This document shows, piece by piece, positions 1 through 13,554 of a stretch of 64,000 nucleotides of DNA. Numbering within the stretch: position 1 is the stretch's first letter; each line of letters begins with the position of its first letter. Made by a program: the position numbers and the translations under genes. Source of the DNA: Lingula anatina (taxonomy: Eukaryota; Animalia; Brachiopoda); the NCBI GenBank assembly GCA_051362555.1, contig CM120648.1:14318587-14382586 (forward strand). Direction: 5' to 3'. Under the pieces are notes generated by a model. It was not told where the DNA came from and ran no database searches. It worked only from the letters and a program-made list of their open reading frames with translations.

Positions 1-48
1 CTATGGAAATGGGGTCTTAGTCCTGACCCGTATGCTCTGCTGCCAAGT

Positions 49-1510
49 CACCGTTACCGCTTCTCCACCTAGATTACTAGGGCCTATGTACCCATCTCTT
101 GGCTTTAATTCACCTATAATCTCAACTCGTTCCACATAAAATTTAGGCTTTGTCGGTGCTGGGGTCTAGGTGTGGCGCACATTGCAATGCACCCTTGTCC
201 AAAAAAGGCAAAAGTAAATGCTAATAATCTACCATACCGAAGGAATTATAGGAAAAGTTTCTACAGACGGCTGACCAAAAGTCATGTGTGGAGATTTCAA
301 ATATTCCTTTGGATTTGACCTTTGACCTTAATTTCAAGGTCGAACGGGCCAAAATTTTCAAATAAAAAAAACGAATTTTTTTACGAAAAAAAAAATTATT
401 TGTACTGATATTCAGAAACTACACAGACCTAACCTATAATATAATTGGAAGGTGTTACCCTTCAGGTCATTTTTTATCTCCGTGAGTTTGGGGTCAATTG
501 GTGCATTTTCACGGGAGTAGCGGCCATAAGATACCGACACTGAAAACTGTCTCTAATTCGGAAACCTATTCTTTTTTGCATTTTGTAGAGCATGTCAAGC
601 CCAACACTGGGGGTGGTCTCCATTTTTTTTTTTTTTTTGTTTTCCATTTGGTTTACAAGTTATGCTGTATCAAAAAGTACATTGTAGTGGTGAAAGCAAA
701 ATGTGCAATATGGTAATGTGTAATAAATTTTGAACCATGGGAAAATAAAACATAAGGCTTGGCCAGGCAGACAACTTCTGGTCAAAAATAACATTATTTC
801 ATGAAATTTGAACATCTGGAACTTCTGAGCACCTCCCATTTCAAGAATTTTAACCAAAATGACCTTTTCTTTATTTTAATTAATTAATTTTTTTCTGTAG
901 GAAATTTATGGCACATTATTGTAACTCCAAAATTGTAACATTTAGTCCCTTATACTGTATCTCCAAAACTGGCAGAGATAGGTCCATAGTTACTTAGTTA
1001 CTATTGAAGTTGAATAGGAAGTCGCATACTGGCAATTTAACTGTGACCTTGAAATTGACCTTTGGCCTACTTTTCACCATGAACTGAACTTTAAAACATT
1101 TAAGTCCCTTATCTCTCCAAAACTGGCAAAGAAATGCCCATAGTTACTATTGAAATTGAATAGGGAGTCATATACTGGCATTCTAACTGTGCCCTTAAAA
1201 TTGACCTTTGACCTACTTTTCACCATAAACTGAACTCTGCAACTTTTTTAATGCTGTTACTTTCAAAACTGGCAAAGATACGACTACAGTTACTATTGAA
1301 TTTGATAGGAAGTCATGTGAGGCAATTTAACTGTGACCTTTAAATTGACCTTTGACCTACTTTTCATCATGAATTGAGCTTTGCAAATTTTCAGAAATCA
1401 TATACTGGTAAACTGTGACCTTGAAATTGACCTTTGACCTACTTTTCATGATAAACTGCACTTTGCAAATTTTCTGATCTTTATATCTCAAAAACTGGCA
1501 AAGATACGTC
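49..1510 (-). mobile_element. Partial Helentron/HINE-like non-autonomous element with internal ~146-bp tandem repeats
   Basis: 49-713 is the reverse complement of ~6015-6685. 925-1510 holds degenerate units of the same satellite as 5082-5810 (motif tgacctttgacctacttttca at ~1056, 1202, 1346, 1428). Confidence 0.75.
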
Positions 1511-1620
1511 TGTCAAGATACTTCATGGTATATTACCACTTCATGGGATAAATGCTCTGATTTTACTGTCAAATCGACTTCATAGGATAAGTTGCGACTT
1601 CATCTCCACATAAAATTGTC

Positions 1621-1691
1621 ATTGAATTTAGGTAGATCAGCGGCGATTCAACTGTTTTCAACGTTGATCCAACGTCATTATGCATGCTGGG
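1621..1691 (-). mobile_element. Terminal fragment of the CCCAG-ended (EnSpm/CACTA-like) element
   Basis: Reverse complement of the left end of 55286-56224 (ttttcaacgttgatccaacgtca...tgctggg). Confidence 0.7.
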
Positions 1692-1709
1692 TAACCCCCG
1701 TGAGGATAA

Positions 1710-2150
1710 TCCGATATAAAATATCTTTATATATCTTTAACTATATTGATAAAGTAAGCATTTTCTCTTCCCTACTCCCACTTTCCAAGTGGGCATATTT
1801 TGACTGTAAGGTTCACATTCTTTTACATATTTTTTAAAAAATAAGACAGTTAAGGCTCCAAATTTCGTTGATAAGTATGGGACTATACCAATTTTCAAAT
1901 CAAACACTAAATACCATATTCTTACTCAAACAATGATTGAAAAAACTTTTTTGGTTTTAATATATAAAAAATCCCCCAAAACGACCTCCTATGACCTTTG
2001 ACCCATTATCTGCACTCTGACTAATTGTCATGCATTCTTGATTTTTGAAACTATTTGCCCAATCCCTTTCCACCATAGATACACAATTTATTGATATGCC
2101 TGTTACCATGTAGGTATAGAGTAAGTTTATTTTTTCTCCCCTACCCCTAT
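1710..2150 (-). repeat. Old interspersed repeat, inverted homologue of 11875-12310
   Basis: Collinear diverged motifs: aagacagttaaggctcca / tggagccttagctgtctt, cttactcaaacaat / attgtttgagtaag, aaatcccccaaaacgacctcct / aggaggtcattttgggggattt. Confidence 0.65.
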
Positions 2151-2816
2151 CTAAAAAAAATCCTTGCTGCTGCAGAGGTGGGGTTATATAAGGTGTGATA
2201 ACACACAGACAGCTACCAGTACGAGAAGGCTATCACACTAGAGACATACCCCTTGACGAAAAAGGCACTGTGAGAATTCATCGATTATTTGGTACCAATA
2301 GCAGAAAATAATGCAGGCATCTGGCTGATTGCACATTGGACATTTTTAATTATTATTACTATTTTTTTATAGCAAACTATCATAAGTGGTTATGATATAA
2401 TTTGGGATTCATCCTGGTGGTTTTATATGGTAGACTCACAGAATAAGGGCATAGCCACATTGCATTGGGATTTGGACTGGTTTTAAAATCTGTGGTTGAA
2501 AAATGGACAAATCACAATTATTATTCCTCGTGTGTATATGTATTTCCATTTGTTTTTTGGTCTTGTCAAAATAAGATTGGACATAATTCAGTTATTTTTT
2601 TTCATGATTTAAATCTTTGTGTGGTAAATTCATTGCTTGTAGTAACTTCCCCTTAATGTTTCATTGAATGATTCAATATTACAAGGACAGGATACATATA
2701 ATAAAGGTCAGTAATTATGTCAGATATTTTTGTTCAGATGTGACGGGGACATTTCAGAATGCATTTCATTTGAAGTTACAATTTTATGCTGTCATCCATG
2801 GGGATGGGTCAATCTC

Positions 2817-2818
<2 letters not shown>

Positions 2819-2913
<95 letters not shown>

Positions 2914-2950
2914 TTGTTTTGTTTTTTTTGTTTTTTTGTTTTTTTTTTTT
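2819..2950. repeat. (TA)n microsatellite followed by a T-rich tract
   Basis: Seen directly; explains the spurious IYIY/FFFF ORFs. Confidence 0.98.
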
Positions 2951-4284
2951 ACTACAAGTCATTCATTGTATTCAAAGAATTGTTACTTGGAATTCAAGGC
3001 GTGACAGTGTGACATTTATAAGGGTTTCAAGTTTTCCTGATTTTCAGAGAAAAATTGGTACTTTGGACTCCATTAAGGTGTGAATTTTTATAGAGGAGTT
3101 AGTTAATGTAGGGTATGATGTTCCATCAGGCAACAGTATTATCAAAAATTAATACAGCATTGAAAATTAATACAGTATTGAAAACAGATGTTAAAACTTT
3201 CCATGGGTGATTTATAGTATGCATTGATGCATTCCAAAGAAGTGGCTTTTAACCACTTTTTCTAGTCTGGCCATCTGTCGTACTTCATTTGCTGTTATTT
3301 TTATCAAGTCAATTGCTTCATGTGGTTTCAACTGAGGAACATTCAATATCTGGCCTGTTATTTTAATTATTAAAATAATAGAACATGGCTTTTGAGTTTC
3401 ATTTGAATATATACTTATTATATATACCCGTTGGGTCTTCTTTGTAGCAATCAGACAATTAATACCCTGGTAGACACTTATCTGAGAAGCAAGACGGATG
3501 TGTTCCATAAGCATAAGTGTATTGGCTGTGTTTTAACTGATAAATGATTTTCATGATTGGATTAAATTGATGGAAGATATTGACGCAGTTCAAGTGGAAA
3601 GTAATTTTTATGTACACATAGTTGTCACCTGCGTCTATCGTTGCTGTTGCCGTGCACTTTCAGTGATAACAAGATAAGTGGAAAACCATATTTTACCTTT
3701 TGCGTTCAAACTTATGGAAATAATGATTGTTCATAAAATACAAGTGAAGTTAAAAAATCAGCATGAACTGGCCATATTTTCAAAAGTTTTATTTTATTTT
3801 TTAATATTGATTGGACCTTTTTTTTGCAAAATTTGTTTATTTATTTATTTTTTTTTTCAGCAACTTTTATCCACCTTTATTTGGATAACATGAACACTAT
3901 CATAGTTTGCTTTGAAACTTGTAGGACTAATTCATAGGACTAATATACTGATCAGATTTGAAAATAAGCTTGATTGTTTCAGTTTTGGTAATGTTACCAT
4001 GCCTTTTGTATGTGTGGTTTTTCCTCAGATTCAATTTTTAGGCATGTAAACAGTCTCATTGTTGAACCAATATGATATGTAAATGTGATCTTTTGACATT
4101 TTCTGCATTTAACAATATTGTTAGTTGATATATAAAATTGATGGTAAACCTGTTATTGTGAACTGGTATTGTGTAATAGAGTGTCAAAAATGGAAATAAA
4201 CTCATATCATTGCAGTTTGTCAGCTTCAATCATTCACTATGTTCATAGACTCAGAATGGAGCAAATTCTAACTTTCATATATAT

Positions 4285-4590
4285 TATCTTAAAACAGTTC
4301 TTGGTTTGCATGTATTTGGCTTGTTTTTAAAAGTCTTTTCTCCTTTTGAACACATGAATTGTGGACAAGGATGGCCCCAGCATGATCCACAAGCTGCACT
4401 GTAGACTGGCCTGGTCCATTTTTGTTCACCTTGAGGACTGCACTGTGTGTCCCAGCTGCCATTGTAATTCCTTGGCATGGTGACACATTTTAGGTTTGCT
4501 GATGAATTAGTGTCAGTGGTTTACTGCTTCTACTTCTGGCTGTTACTATTAAATTGCTGAGAGAGCACGTACTGCATTTCTGTAATCTAT
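4285..4590 (-). pseudogene. Solo diverged fragment of the DDE transposase found in the tandem array
   Basis: Reads GTHSAVLKVNKNGPGQSTVQLVDHAGA; homologous to ~22935-23265. Confidence 0.8.
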
Positions 4591-5081
4591 GTGCTGCAAT
4601 TTGCTTTGGTAAATATTGGCAGTTCAGTACCAGGAGTGCTCACAATAACATGATTTTGACATGTAGATCAAGAATATGCAGAGGAAATAGTGCAATCTAT
4701 AGGCAACTATATGTAATAAATTCCTTTAAATTCTTCATGAGATCATTTGCCTTATCTTCTAGAGAAGTAACCTAAATAAATTCTTTGTAAAATGTTTTTT
4801 TAATCCTGTATTCATGATACAATACAATACAATACAAATTATACAATGAATTTTATTTCATGTTGGGTATAAATTGAAAGGAAACATTAACTAGAGGATC
4901 AGAGAGGCGATACCGCCTCCGAATATTGTACCACCAGCTGGAGCAAGCGCATTCATATAGACCCCCACATACACAAAATAAGGGACACAGCCACCAGTCT
5001 TTTGCTTGACAAGCTGTAAAAATGCAATCAACAAGAATTTTCAAAATATGCAAAAAAATATATCAAAAGTTCATCAAAAGG

Positions 5082-5808
5082 TAGGTGAAAGGTCAATTTC
5101 ACAGTAAGATTGCCAGTATATGACTTCCTATTCAACTTCAAAAGTAACTTTGGACCTATCTCTGCCAGTTTTGGATATGAAAGGGAAGCAAAATTTTCAA
5201 AGTTCAGTTCATGATGAAAAGTAGGTCAAAGGTCAATTTCAAGGTCACAATTAGATTGCCAGTGTATGACTTCCTATTCAAGTTCAATAGAAACTATGGA
5301 CCTATCTCTGCCAGTTTTGGAGATAAAAGGGAAGCAAAATTTGGAAAGTTCAGTTCATGGTGAAAAGTAGGTCAAAGGTCAATTTCAAGGTCACATTTAG
5401 ATTGCCAGTATATGACTTCCCATTCAAGTTCAATAGTAACTATGGACCTATCTCTGCCAGTTTGGGAGATAAAAGGGAAGCAAAATTTGCAAAGTTCAGT
5501 TCATGGTGAAAAGTAGGTCAAAGGTCAATTTCAAGGTCACATTTAGATTGCCAGTATATGACTTCCTATTCAAATTCAATAGTAACTATGGACCTATCTC
5601 TGCCAGTTTTGGAGATAAAAGGGAAACAAAATTTGCAAAGGTTAGTTCACGGTGAAAAGTAGGTCAAAGGTCAATTTCAAGGTAACATTTAGATTGCCAG
5701 TATATGACTTCCTATTCAAGTCCAATAGTAACTATGGACCTATCTCTGCCAGTTTTGGATATGAAAGGGAAGCAAAATATGCAAAGTTTAGTTCATGGTG
5801 AAAAGTAG
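5082..5808 (+). repeat. Satellite array, five units of ~146 bp
   Basis: Anchor gtaggtcaaaggtcaatttc at 5221, 5367, 5513 and 5659, partial at 5805, variant at 5082. Confidence 0.95.
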
Positions 5809-6014
5809 TCAGGCGGCTCAGTCCAAATTTTATCCAGAATTGTGCAAAAGATGATAACAGCATGAAATTTTCCACGATGAATGACCATTGGGTGTTTGTC
5901 AACCCCCTGATCCAAAATAGATGAACACCCAATGGTTATTCATCGGGGAAAGTTTCATGCTTTTATCATCTATTGCACAATTCTGGAAAAAATTTGGACT
6001 GAGCCACCTGACTA
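5806..6014. mobile_element. Palindromic MITE with TAG...CTA ends (Academ-like?) nested in the HINE
   Basis: ~90-bp imperfect arms tagtcaggcggctcagtccaaattt... / ...aaatttggactgagccacctgacta; absent from the other HINE copy; no clear TSD. Confidence 0.75.
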
Positions 6015-8010
6015 TACCGTACTGCACATTTTGCTTTCACCACCAATATGTACTTTTTGATAGCGTAACTCGAAAATCGTTTGGAATACAAAAAAAACGG
6101 AGACCACCTCCAGTACGTGTTGGGCTTTACATGCTCTACAAAATGCAAAAAAGAATGGGTCTCTAGCATTAACGGTTCCCGAATTAGAGACAGTTTTCAG
6201 TTTCGGCATCTTATGGCCGTTACTCCAGTGAAAATGCACCGATTGACCCCAAATTCACGGAGATGAAAGATGACCTGAAGGGTAACACTTTCCAATAATA
6301 TTATTGGTTAAGTCTGTGTGGTGTCTGAATAACATAGCAAAAAAAATTCTTTTCATAAAAAATATTATTTTTTTGAAAATTTTGGCCCGTTTGACCTTGA
6401 AGTAAAGGTCAAAGGTCAAATCCAAGGGCATATTTGAAATCTACACATATGACTTTTGGAAAGCCGTCTGTAGAAATTTTTCCCATAACCCCTTCCGTAG
6501 GGTAGATAATTAGCATTTAATTTTGCCATTTTTTTACAAGGGTGCATTGCAATGAGTGCCACACCCAGACCCCAATACCGGCAAAGCCCAAATTTTACGT
6601 GGAACGAGCTGAGATTATAGGTGACCTAAATCCAAGAGATGGGTACGGGGGCCCTTACCATCTAGGAGGAGAAGCGGTAACGGTAGCCGTCCGGCGGAGC
6701 CGGCGGAACGATCCGGACGAGACCGAAACCATGTGTACCGCCAGCGCTAACGCTGGTGGTACAATTAGCTTTACAGCTATTCGCCGAATGAAAATGATGT
6801 GTCAATAAAAAAATAATGGTAAAACTTGATAAATCGTCAATATCATATATTTAAAAAACAATACATAAAGCCACTTTTATTTGTAAACCTTATATTTGAT
6901 TACCAACTAACCATATTATTAAAATATTCTAATAATCTTAACCTACATAAATGTAAATGTACTTCAAATATAAAAAACACAATAAAATTAATAAATAACC
7001 AAATAAATACATAAATCATATATTACCAACAGGCTGCCACTATACAAGGTACTATTCTCTAATGAAACAATTAAAAGGTGAAATATTTATTTGAAAACAT
7101 GGAATATCCGAAAATGTCTTTGTTAGCGGTTAATATTCAATATTAAACTTGAATAAAAGAGAGATTATTAACTGCCAGATTCATCTGTCTGTAATTCGAA
7201 TTGCAGAATAAATGGCCCTGTAATATAGCTAAATAATATAATATCTCATACCTCTGATGTCTAGAAATCCCACTCTATTGTATAACACTACAGTACTAGT
7301 ATCGCCGGTTTTCTCTCTCCCTCTACTCACTGCAGGCTCTCTTTGTTTCATACAGTCCCTCTTTGTTTCAAAACTCCCGCTAGTGTCTCGCTAGTTTTTC
7401 GATCCCAGATAGTCCCAGATCACTTCTGAAGAGTACGAAACTCTTTCAAATACGAAAAAGAAGCGTCTATTCTTTTACTTTAAGTGTTTATGATAACCTT
7501 TTTATACATAGATCTATTAAAGTTATTATACATCGTACTTGTTAAAATATAGATCTAACGTTTAACTTACACTCACTGCTGCGTTTTGAGAGAGGTTGTT
7601 GGGCTTTTCTTGCATAGATGCAACATGTTTGTCGTCTGCTCTCTGTTGTAGAAGCAGCTTGTATTTTTAGTGTCTAAATCTAGATTGTTTTTCAAACACG
7701 CTAAATTAGTTTCAGCCTGGTACATTATGTCAAGTGAAATACTCAAGTTTAAGGAATTTTTATGTGCAGTGGGTGTCCATTGATGTTGGAACAGCTGACC
7801 GTTGAACGCCTGAATTGCAAAGAGTTACAAGCAGGCGGTGTCCAGTCTACATACTTTCTAAATTATATATTCCATGCAGCAGGTGTGAAAGTGTGCAGAG
7901 ATATTATGCCATACCATGCCGATGAAAAGGTAAGTCTTGCAAAGACATGGGGATAGCAAAATTATGTCATTTTTTGTCAGTTTTTGGAACATTTTATCTT
8001 ATATATGATA

Positions 8011-8241
8011 CGTGGGTGCACGAAAGTGTTCCAGATTTCTGGATTTTCGGTCTTCTTTTTTTTGAAAATTTTGTCAAATCGTCTAAATTTGGTGAGAGTG
8101 CTGGTCAGAATGGCCAAACCTAACTGTAGAGGCTACATCCCTTTTCTTGCCTGCACCGATTTTAAGGGATGTATACCTAATTTTCGGGTTTTTTTTTTTT
8201 AGTTTTTGAAGCAGATTTTCGGTCAGCAGACATGCAACTCG
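8011..8241. mobile_element. Possible mariner-type MITE
   Basis: ta-cgtgggtgcacg ... catgcaactcg-ta: weak TIR with TA flanks. Confidence 0.35.
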
Positions 8242-8762
8242 TATGTAATAATTTCCCCCTTCTTAAGTTATATATTTACAAAATAGCTATGTGACTGATG
8301 TATTTTGTTGGTCAATATTGACTGACTCCTCAAGACATTCAAACAAAAAAAAGATACCTGCATTCCCCCCCCCCCCCCCCAAAAAAAAATTGAGCATTGA
8401 TATTTTCAAAGTCATTTACCTACTAATAGAGGTCCTTAATGATTAGTAAACCTGTATGCTAGGGAGGTAAAATACAAAAGAGATCCTGGTCGCCTTTTAT
8501 TTTGTTGATGGTATATTGATGTCTGAAAATCTTTTGTGGTATACCCCCCCCCACCCTGTAACTTTCTGTAACTTTCATTTTTCAAACATTTTTTTTTACA
8601 TTTTCTTGTTCATCTATGTCAAAGCTATTGAAATGAAATGCTTTTGTAATTACCTGTGGTCTTTTTTATTAGTTTTAATCACGTTTTTTCCAGCCCATTG
8701 AAATACAATGAGAGAATCTACAATTTACACCCGCAGTCAATAACTTGCCGGGTTTTCGTTGG

Positions 8763-8873
8763 CTAACTCTAAGGTAATTTTATGTGAAAAGGTAGCTCAT
8801 AATAATTTCACAGAGGAAGTCCAAGTAAACAATGTATTAATCTTATGTTCACATAAAATTACCTTAGAGTTAG
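8763..8873. repeat. Perfect 26-bp inverted repeat with 59-bp spacer (MITE core)
   Basis: ctaactctaaggtaattttatgtgaa (8763-8788) / ttcacataaaattaccttagagttag (8848-8873). Confidence 0.85.
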
Positions 8874-9049
8874 GCTCCATTCACATGGAAAATCTATTTT
8901 CTAAAATCTATTTTCGGTATCTTGTGATCACGGTCTGTGCCCTGGATACCCTGTGGCATAATTACTGGCAGCGTGAGTGAGTTACTTCCAAAGCTGTAAT
9001 TAATTCTCACTCGGAGGAGATTCTGATACCTTGACGCATGCGCAGTAGT
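8873..9049 (-). mobile_element. One arm of the PIF/Harbinger MITE seen complete at 51364-51871
   Basis: ggctccattcacatggaaaatctattttct...gataccttgacgcatgcgcagtag matches the reverse complement of 51680-51871; preceded by tta. Confidence 0.8.
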
Positions 9050-9642
9050 ATCTCTAAGCTGTGAAGTTCATCAGTTTACCTTGGGGATTTAAACCTTCAT
9101 ACTCAGTTTTGGTGGTTTATTATTGAAATATGTAGTGTTGGTCAACCCGTTAACCCTTTCCAATCTGCTACTTGTCTCAGTTCCATGCTTTGCTCAATTG
9201 CTTGCAATAATGAATTGTACAACTGGCAGTGCTTTAATTTTCCTCCTAGTATTATAGCTTACAAAATGATTAAAATAAGATTAGGCTAGATTGATTAATT
9301 CAGAAAATAAAACAAAAACCCACTTTTTTGATATATTTAACCACTAATGAAAAGTGTATTAATTGCTTTCAGCATGTTGATACCCCTTTATAAGAAAAAA
9401 AATTATGTGCAAAGAATTATGTTATGACATCATACGCCCTGGATTATTTTGCACTATTCAGGACCATATATTGCTGTGAATTTATATGTCTATTATAGCT
9501 GGCCTGCAGTAACATCAAACATTTTATGTTAAGGGACTTACTATATACCCTGATTGCTGTATACAAGACTGCATGATGAGCATAACACAGTGGCTATTAT
9601 TCCTTGTATGAGCTATAATATAAAAACTGCATGTACATGTAT

Positions 9643-10604
9643 CAGGCCTTCCCAACTACCAGACTAGGCACCTACTGGTCCAGTATAAACCGGTTTATCA
9701 GACCACACTACCCGTTTTCAAGGTGTGTGTCAGATCGCATTACAGAGTATCAGCCACCACACCGATTTTGCCTGGTGCGCGATGTGATAGCAATGATCCT
9801 AAGCGGGGTTGGAAAGTAGTGCATCTCATCTAGATTCATGCGCTGCTGCAATTTTCTGTTTATGCTAAAATCTGACAGTACCGCAATTTTTAACATAAAA
9901 TTTAGGTTCGGACATAGCCAATGATGTTTTGTAAATAAGAACTTGCAAACTTATATATATCAATTTAGAAAAGTAGACCTAATTTTGATAGCGGAAGCAT
10001 ATTCTGTCGGGGGTTAAATATTTTCATGACTACCGGGATGGACGAGATTGAGGGCAGGGGTAATCCTAGAGAGGGGTGAGAAACGTCCATTGTTCTCGTC
10101 AGCGAGGCTGTCCTTTTTCAGGGTTTGTACGCACGGACAGAAAACTTAAGTATTGTGGGAACGTTACTCATGAAGCCGCTGGTAGTACTAGTAGATATCA
10201 GCCTGTAGTCTTGAACAAGCGCCTCGATGACGAGTGAACAGTTCTCAAAAACAAAAGACCGAGGTGGTAGTTCAACTACTGTTCATGCGTGCCGCAACGA
10301 CCAAACCTAATTGCTCCTCAAGGTCACAAAACAATAACCTGTAGAGACGGCTAGGCTCGTCTTAATCATATAAGTCGCGCGTTTCCACCCCCTGATTGAG
10401 GGATTCGTCTGTTGTATTCATACGACTCCTACTTGACGCAAACGAGGCGCGATACCCGGATGACAGGTAGGCTTACAGAATTTGTGATAGGGTATGATAC
10501 TCTTTTATGCGATCTGACACACACCTTGAAAACGGGTAGTGTGGTCAGATATACCGGTTTATTCTGGACCCGTAGGTGCCGAGTCTGGTAGTTGGGAAGG
10601 CCTG
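9643..10604. mobile_element. Non-autonomous DNA transposon with CAGG ends, ~100-bp TIRs and 6-bp TSD (hAT-like)
   Basis: caggccttcccaactaccagact... / ...agtctggtagttgggaaggcctg; TSD atgtat on both sides. Confidence 0.9.
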
Positions 10605-10662
10605 ATGTATGGTACATGTAAATCAAAATTCATTGACATCAGCATGAAGCATCACATAATTA

Positions 10663-10902
10663 AGCCTAAGTCCCAACTACATTTTGGATGCACGGTTTTT
10701 GTTCCTTGCATCCGGCTAGGACATAGCTAGATCGCAGGGAAGAATTCAAGTGATTGGTGAAAAGTTTCTACCTGCTGTTTGCATCCTCGGCTCCAAAAAT
10801 CGCATGATGGACGTGCTGCTCGCGCACGAACTCCCACGTTTTCCCATTTTTTTGGCCGTAGACCACACGTAGCAGCCCATACATTTGGTTGGGACCTAGG
10901 CT
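10663..10902. mobile_element. PIF/Harbinger-type MITE
   Basis: TIR agcctaagtcccaac / gttgggacctaggct; TSD tta. Confidence 0.75.
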
Positions 10903-11874
10903 TTATTAAATTGTAACCTGATCAGTTTTCAGTATACTAGTAGTTGATGGATGACAGCTGGCAACGTTTTTATGCAACTGCCTCATCATTTTGACAATTG
11001 TACATCTACACACCTTTTCTTTTTTATTTTAAATTTTTATTACTTAGTAAGGCCTTTCAATTTGTTAGTCACATATTGCCTTTCGTAAACCAGAAAGGAT
11101 ACCAGTTCATAGTATTTTGGGATTTTACAAATCATACCAGCATTACCAATAATGTCTGATACATATGTTTTAAAGCAAAGAAAAACTGTGGCACTTAGTG
11201 GCCCATGATGTAACTGAGGCATGTGTTTTCAAACCATTCAAACTTCAATATATTGTCAACCAACTCAAATTTTGATACTTCGATCATATAGCACTATAGT
11301 TTGCCCCAAACATAAGTAGTTCTTCACATGTATTATGTATGAGAAATACTAAATGCTACTATGATGACCAGTTGTGAAATAGTAGTATATATGTCACTTT
11401 CCTGGTATAAATAATTAAATTGTAATTTACAGTGAAACTTTAACTACATATAATATTTCCTTATAGGTTGCATGATTATGCTAGCTTGAGTATGATGAGT
11501 AGGTATTTCCTTGATCATTGGCTGTTTTGATGAAGGTTATTGTTTTAAGTCTTTCGATTTGAGTGTTATATTTTTAGATTATTCCCTCTAGTTTGGATTA
11601 CTCAAACCTAGGTTTTTCAAGAAAAGCACCCACATCTTTATATGTATAGCTGTATAGCATCCCTCAGTGCTGTGTACACTAATAGGCATGTTTTGGTCCA
11701 TGAGCCCAGTCACTTATATGGTACATAAAAGGGAAGAAGAAGAATAGTGATTTTTAGTAGGCCTGTCTCCTGTGTGTCCAAATAAGTGTAATAGCTTTCT
11801 CATACTGGTAGCTTTTTGTGTGCTTATACCTTATAAAACCCCACTCTTACAGCACCAGTTAGGACTGTTTTCAG

Positions 11875-12480
11875 ATGAGGGTAGGGGGAAAAGCTTACTT
11901 AATATCTATATGGTAACAGAAATATCAATACAGTGTATATCACTATGGAGGTAAGAGGTGGAACATTTTATTTCAAATTATGAATGCATGATCAAGGGTC
12001 ATTGATAATGGGTCACAGGAGGTCATTTTGGGGGATTTTTCATAAATTAAAACCAAATTGCTTGGAAAATTATTGTTTGAGTAAGAAAATAGTATTTTGT
12101 GAATTATTTGTACTAGTAAACATGGTTTAGACTAATGCTAATTAAAAAAGTGGAGCCTTAGCTGTCTTAATTGAGAAAACTATGAAAATGAATGTGAACC
12201 TAATTAGGGTCCAAATGTAACCTCTTTGAAAGTGAGGGTAGTAACAGAGAGAAAATGCTTGCCATATCAATATGATTAAAGATACATCAATACGTTATAT
12301 ATCTTTATGAAGGTAAGGGATGGGACAATTCATTTCATAAGGCATGAATGCATGACAATAAGTCAAGCTAGGTTTATTGATAATGGGTCAAATGTCATAA
12401 GAGGTCATATTTTATAGATTTTTCATGAATTAAAACCAAAATCATTTGTAAAATAAAACTTTGTTTGATAAAGAAATTGA
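11875..12480 (+). repeat. Old interspersed repeat with internal duplication
   Basis: Homologous to the reverse complement of 1710-2150; the block gaatgcatga...attgataatgggtca...ttaaaaccaaa occurs at ~11982 and again at ~12346. Confidence 0.65.
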
Positions 12481-13144
12481 AATTCGGTGAATGATACTGG
12501 TGTTTTCTTCAATCGCTTTGTGAACACCTCCACATATATTTGTAGTAACTGGAATATTATCATTTTGTAAAAGGATAACTTAATTAGATCCAGTCACTTT
12601 TATGTATGTTCAAAGTGAAAAGGGTTAACGTAAACTTGGGGTTGGGTGGGAGTTGCTGAGCAAAAATATCTGACACGTCCTTCAAATCACTACAGTACAT
12701 AGACAAAATTCCATTAATATATTGTGATATGCCTGTCTGTTGAAAGTGAAAAGGGTTCATGTGAACTCATGAATGGGTGAAAGGGGGGGGGGGGGGGGGG
12801 GGGGGGGGGCAGGTGCTGAGCAAATATCTCTGTCAGTCTTTCAAATCTTTATATAAACAAAATTTCATTGTTACATTGTTATGCCTGTGCACTGTCTGTT
12901 GGGACACTGTATGTATCTGTATATATATTCTGATTACTGTGTATGTCTGTTTTGCTGCTGTTTATGTGTTTATTATAATATAATAATATATATTTTGATC
13001 ACTGTGTTATATCTGTGTTGTAACTACTGTATGTGTCTGTATATATGTTCTTTATTGGTGATGTGTTATTAGTTTTCAGTGGAGATGAAGGTGTGTTTCC
13101 TGTATTATCATCACACTGAGGACAGCTATAAACTCATCTGATCA

Positions 13145-13554
13145 CAGGGCCGTAGCAGCTGCCCCCCCTGGGATTTGAGGTACAAAAAAAATAATAATAA
13201 TAATAATCGCAAAGGTAAAAAAAAATTGCAAAGTTAGTATCAATTCTGTGAGAAAATGCACTCATGGCCACTAGACAATCATTCAACAATATGTTTACAA
13301 AGGAGCTATCCCCCAGGCCAATTGGCGTGTTGTGTTGAAAAAATGACTGTACTTATGGCAAAATGAACCCACAATTTCTGACTTCTGATTGAGCAATAAA
13401 AAACAGTTAAAATGCACTAGAATGCAGTATTATACATACTTTTTTAAAAATTTTCCACACCGTGGGAGGGGGACACCCCCTCCCCCCTCGGGGGCTTCGC
13501 CCCCTCGTGTCCGCTTACTGCCCCCCCTGGCATTTTGCTCAGGCTACGGCCCTG
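13145..13554. mobile_element. MITE with CAGG ends and 5-bp TSD
   Basis: TIR cagggccgtagc / gctacggccctg; TSD gatca; interrupts an exon-like module that is intact in other copies. Confidence 0.9.

Larger units (their letters stand above)
4889..6765 (+). mobile_element. Helentron/HINE-like non-autonomous element
   Basis: Starts aactagag with hairpin gaggcg-atac-cgcctc. Subterminal inverted repeat attgtaccaccagc (4925-4938) / gctggtggtacaat (6752-6765). 3' stem-loop tgtaccgccagcg-ctaa-cgctggtggtaca (6734-6763). Internal satellite; no TSD. Confidence 0.8.

Noticed and set aside
2170-2290. Penelope terminal repeat with hammerhead ribozyme
   Set aside because: tatataag and ttgacgaa are suggestive, but no CUGANGA...GAAA core with paired stems could be built.
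2450-3520. Integrase or exonuclease remnants of a Polinton-like element on the minus strand
   Set aside because: Only isolated hints such as IESFNETL; too decayed to support a call.
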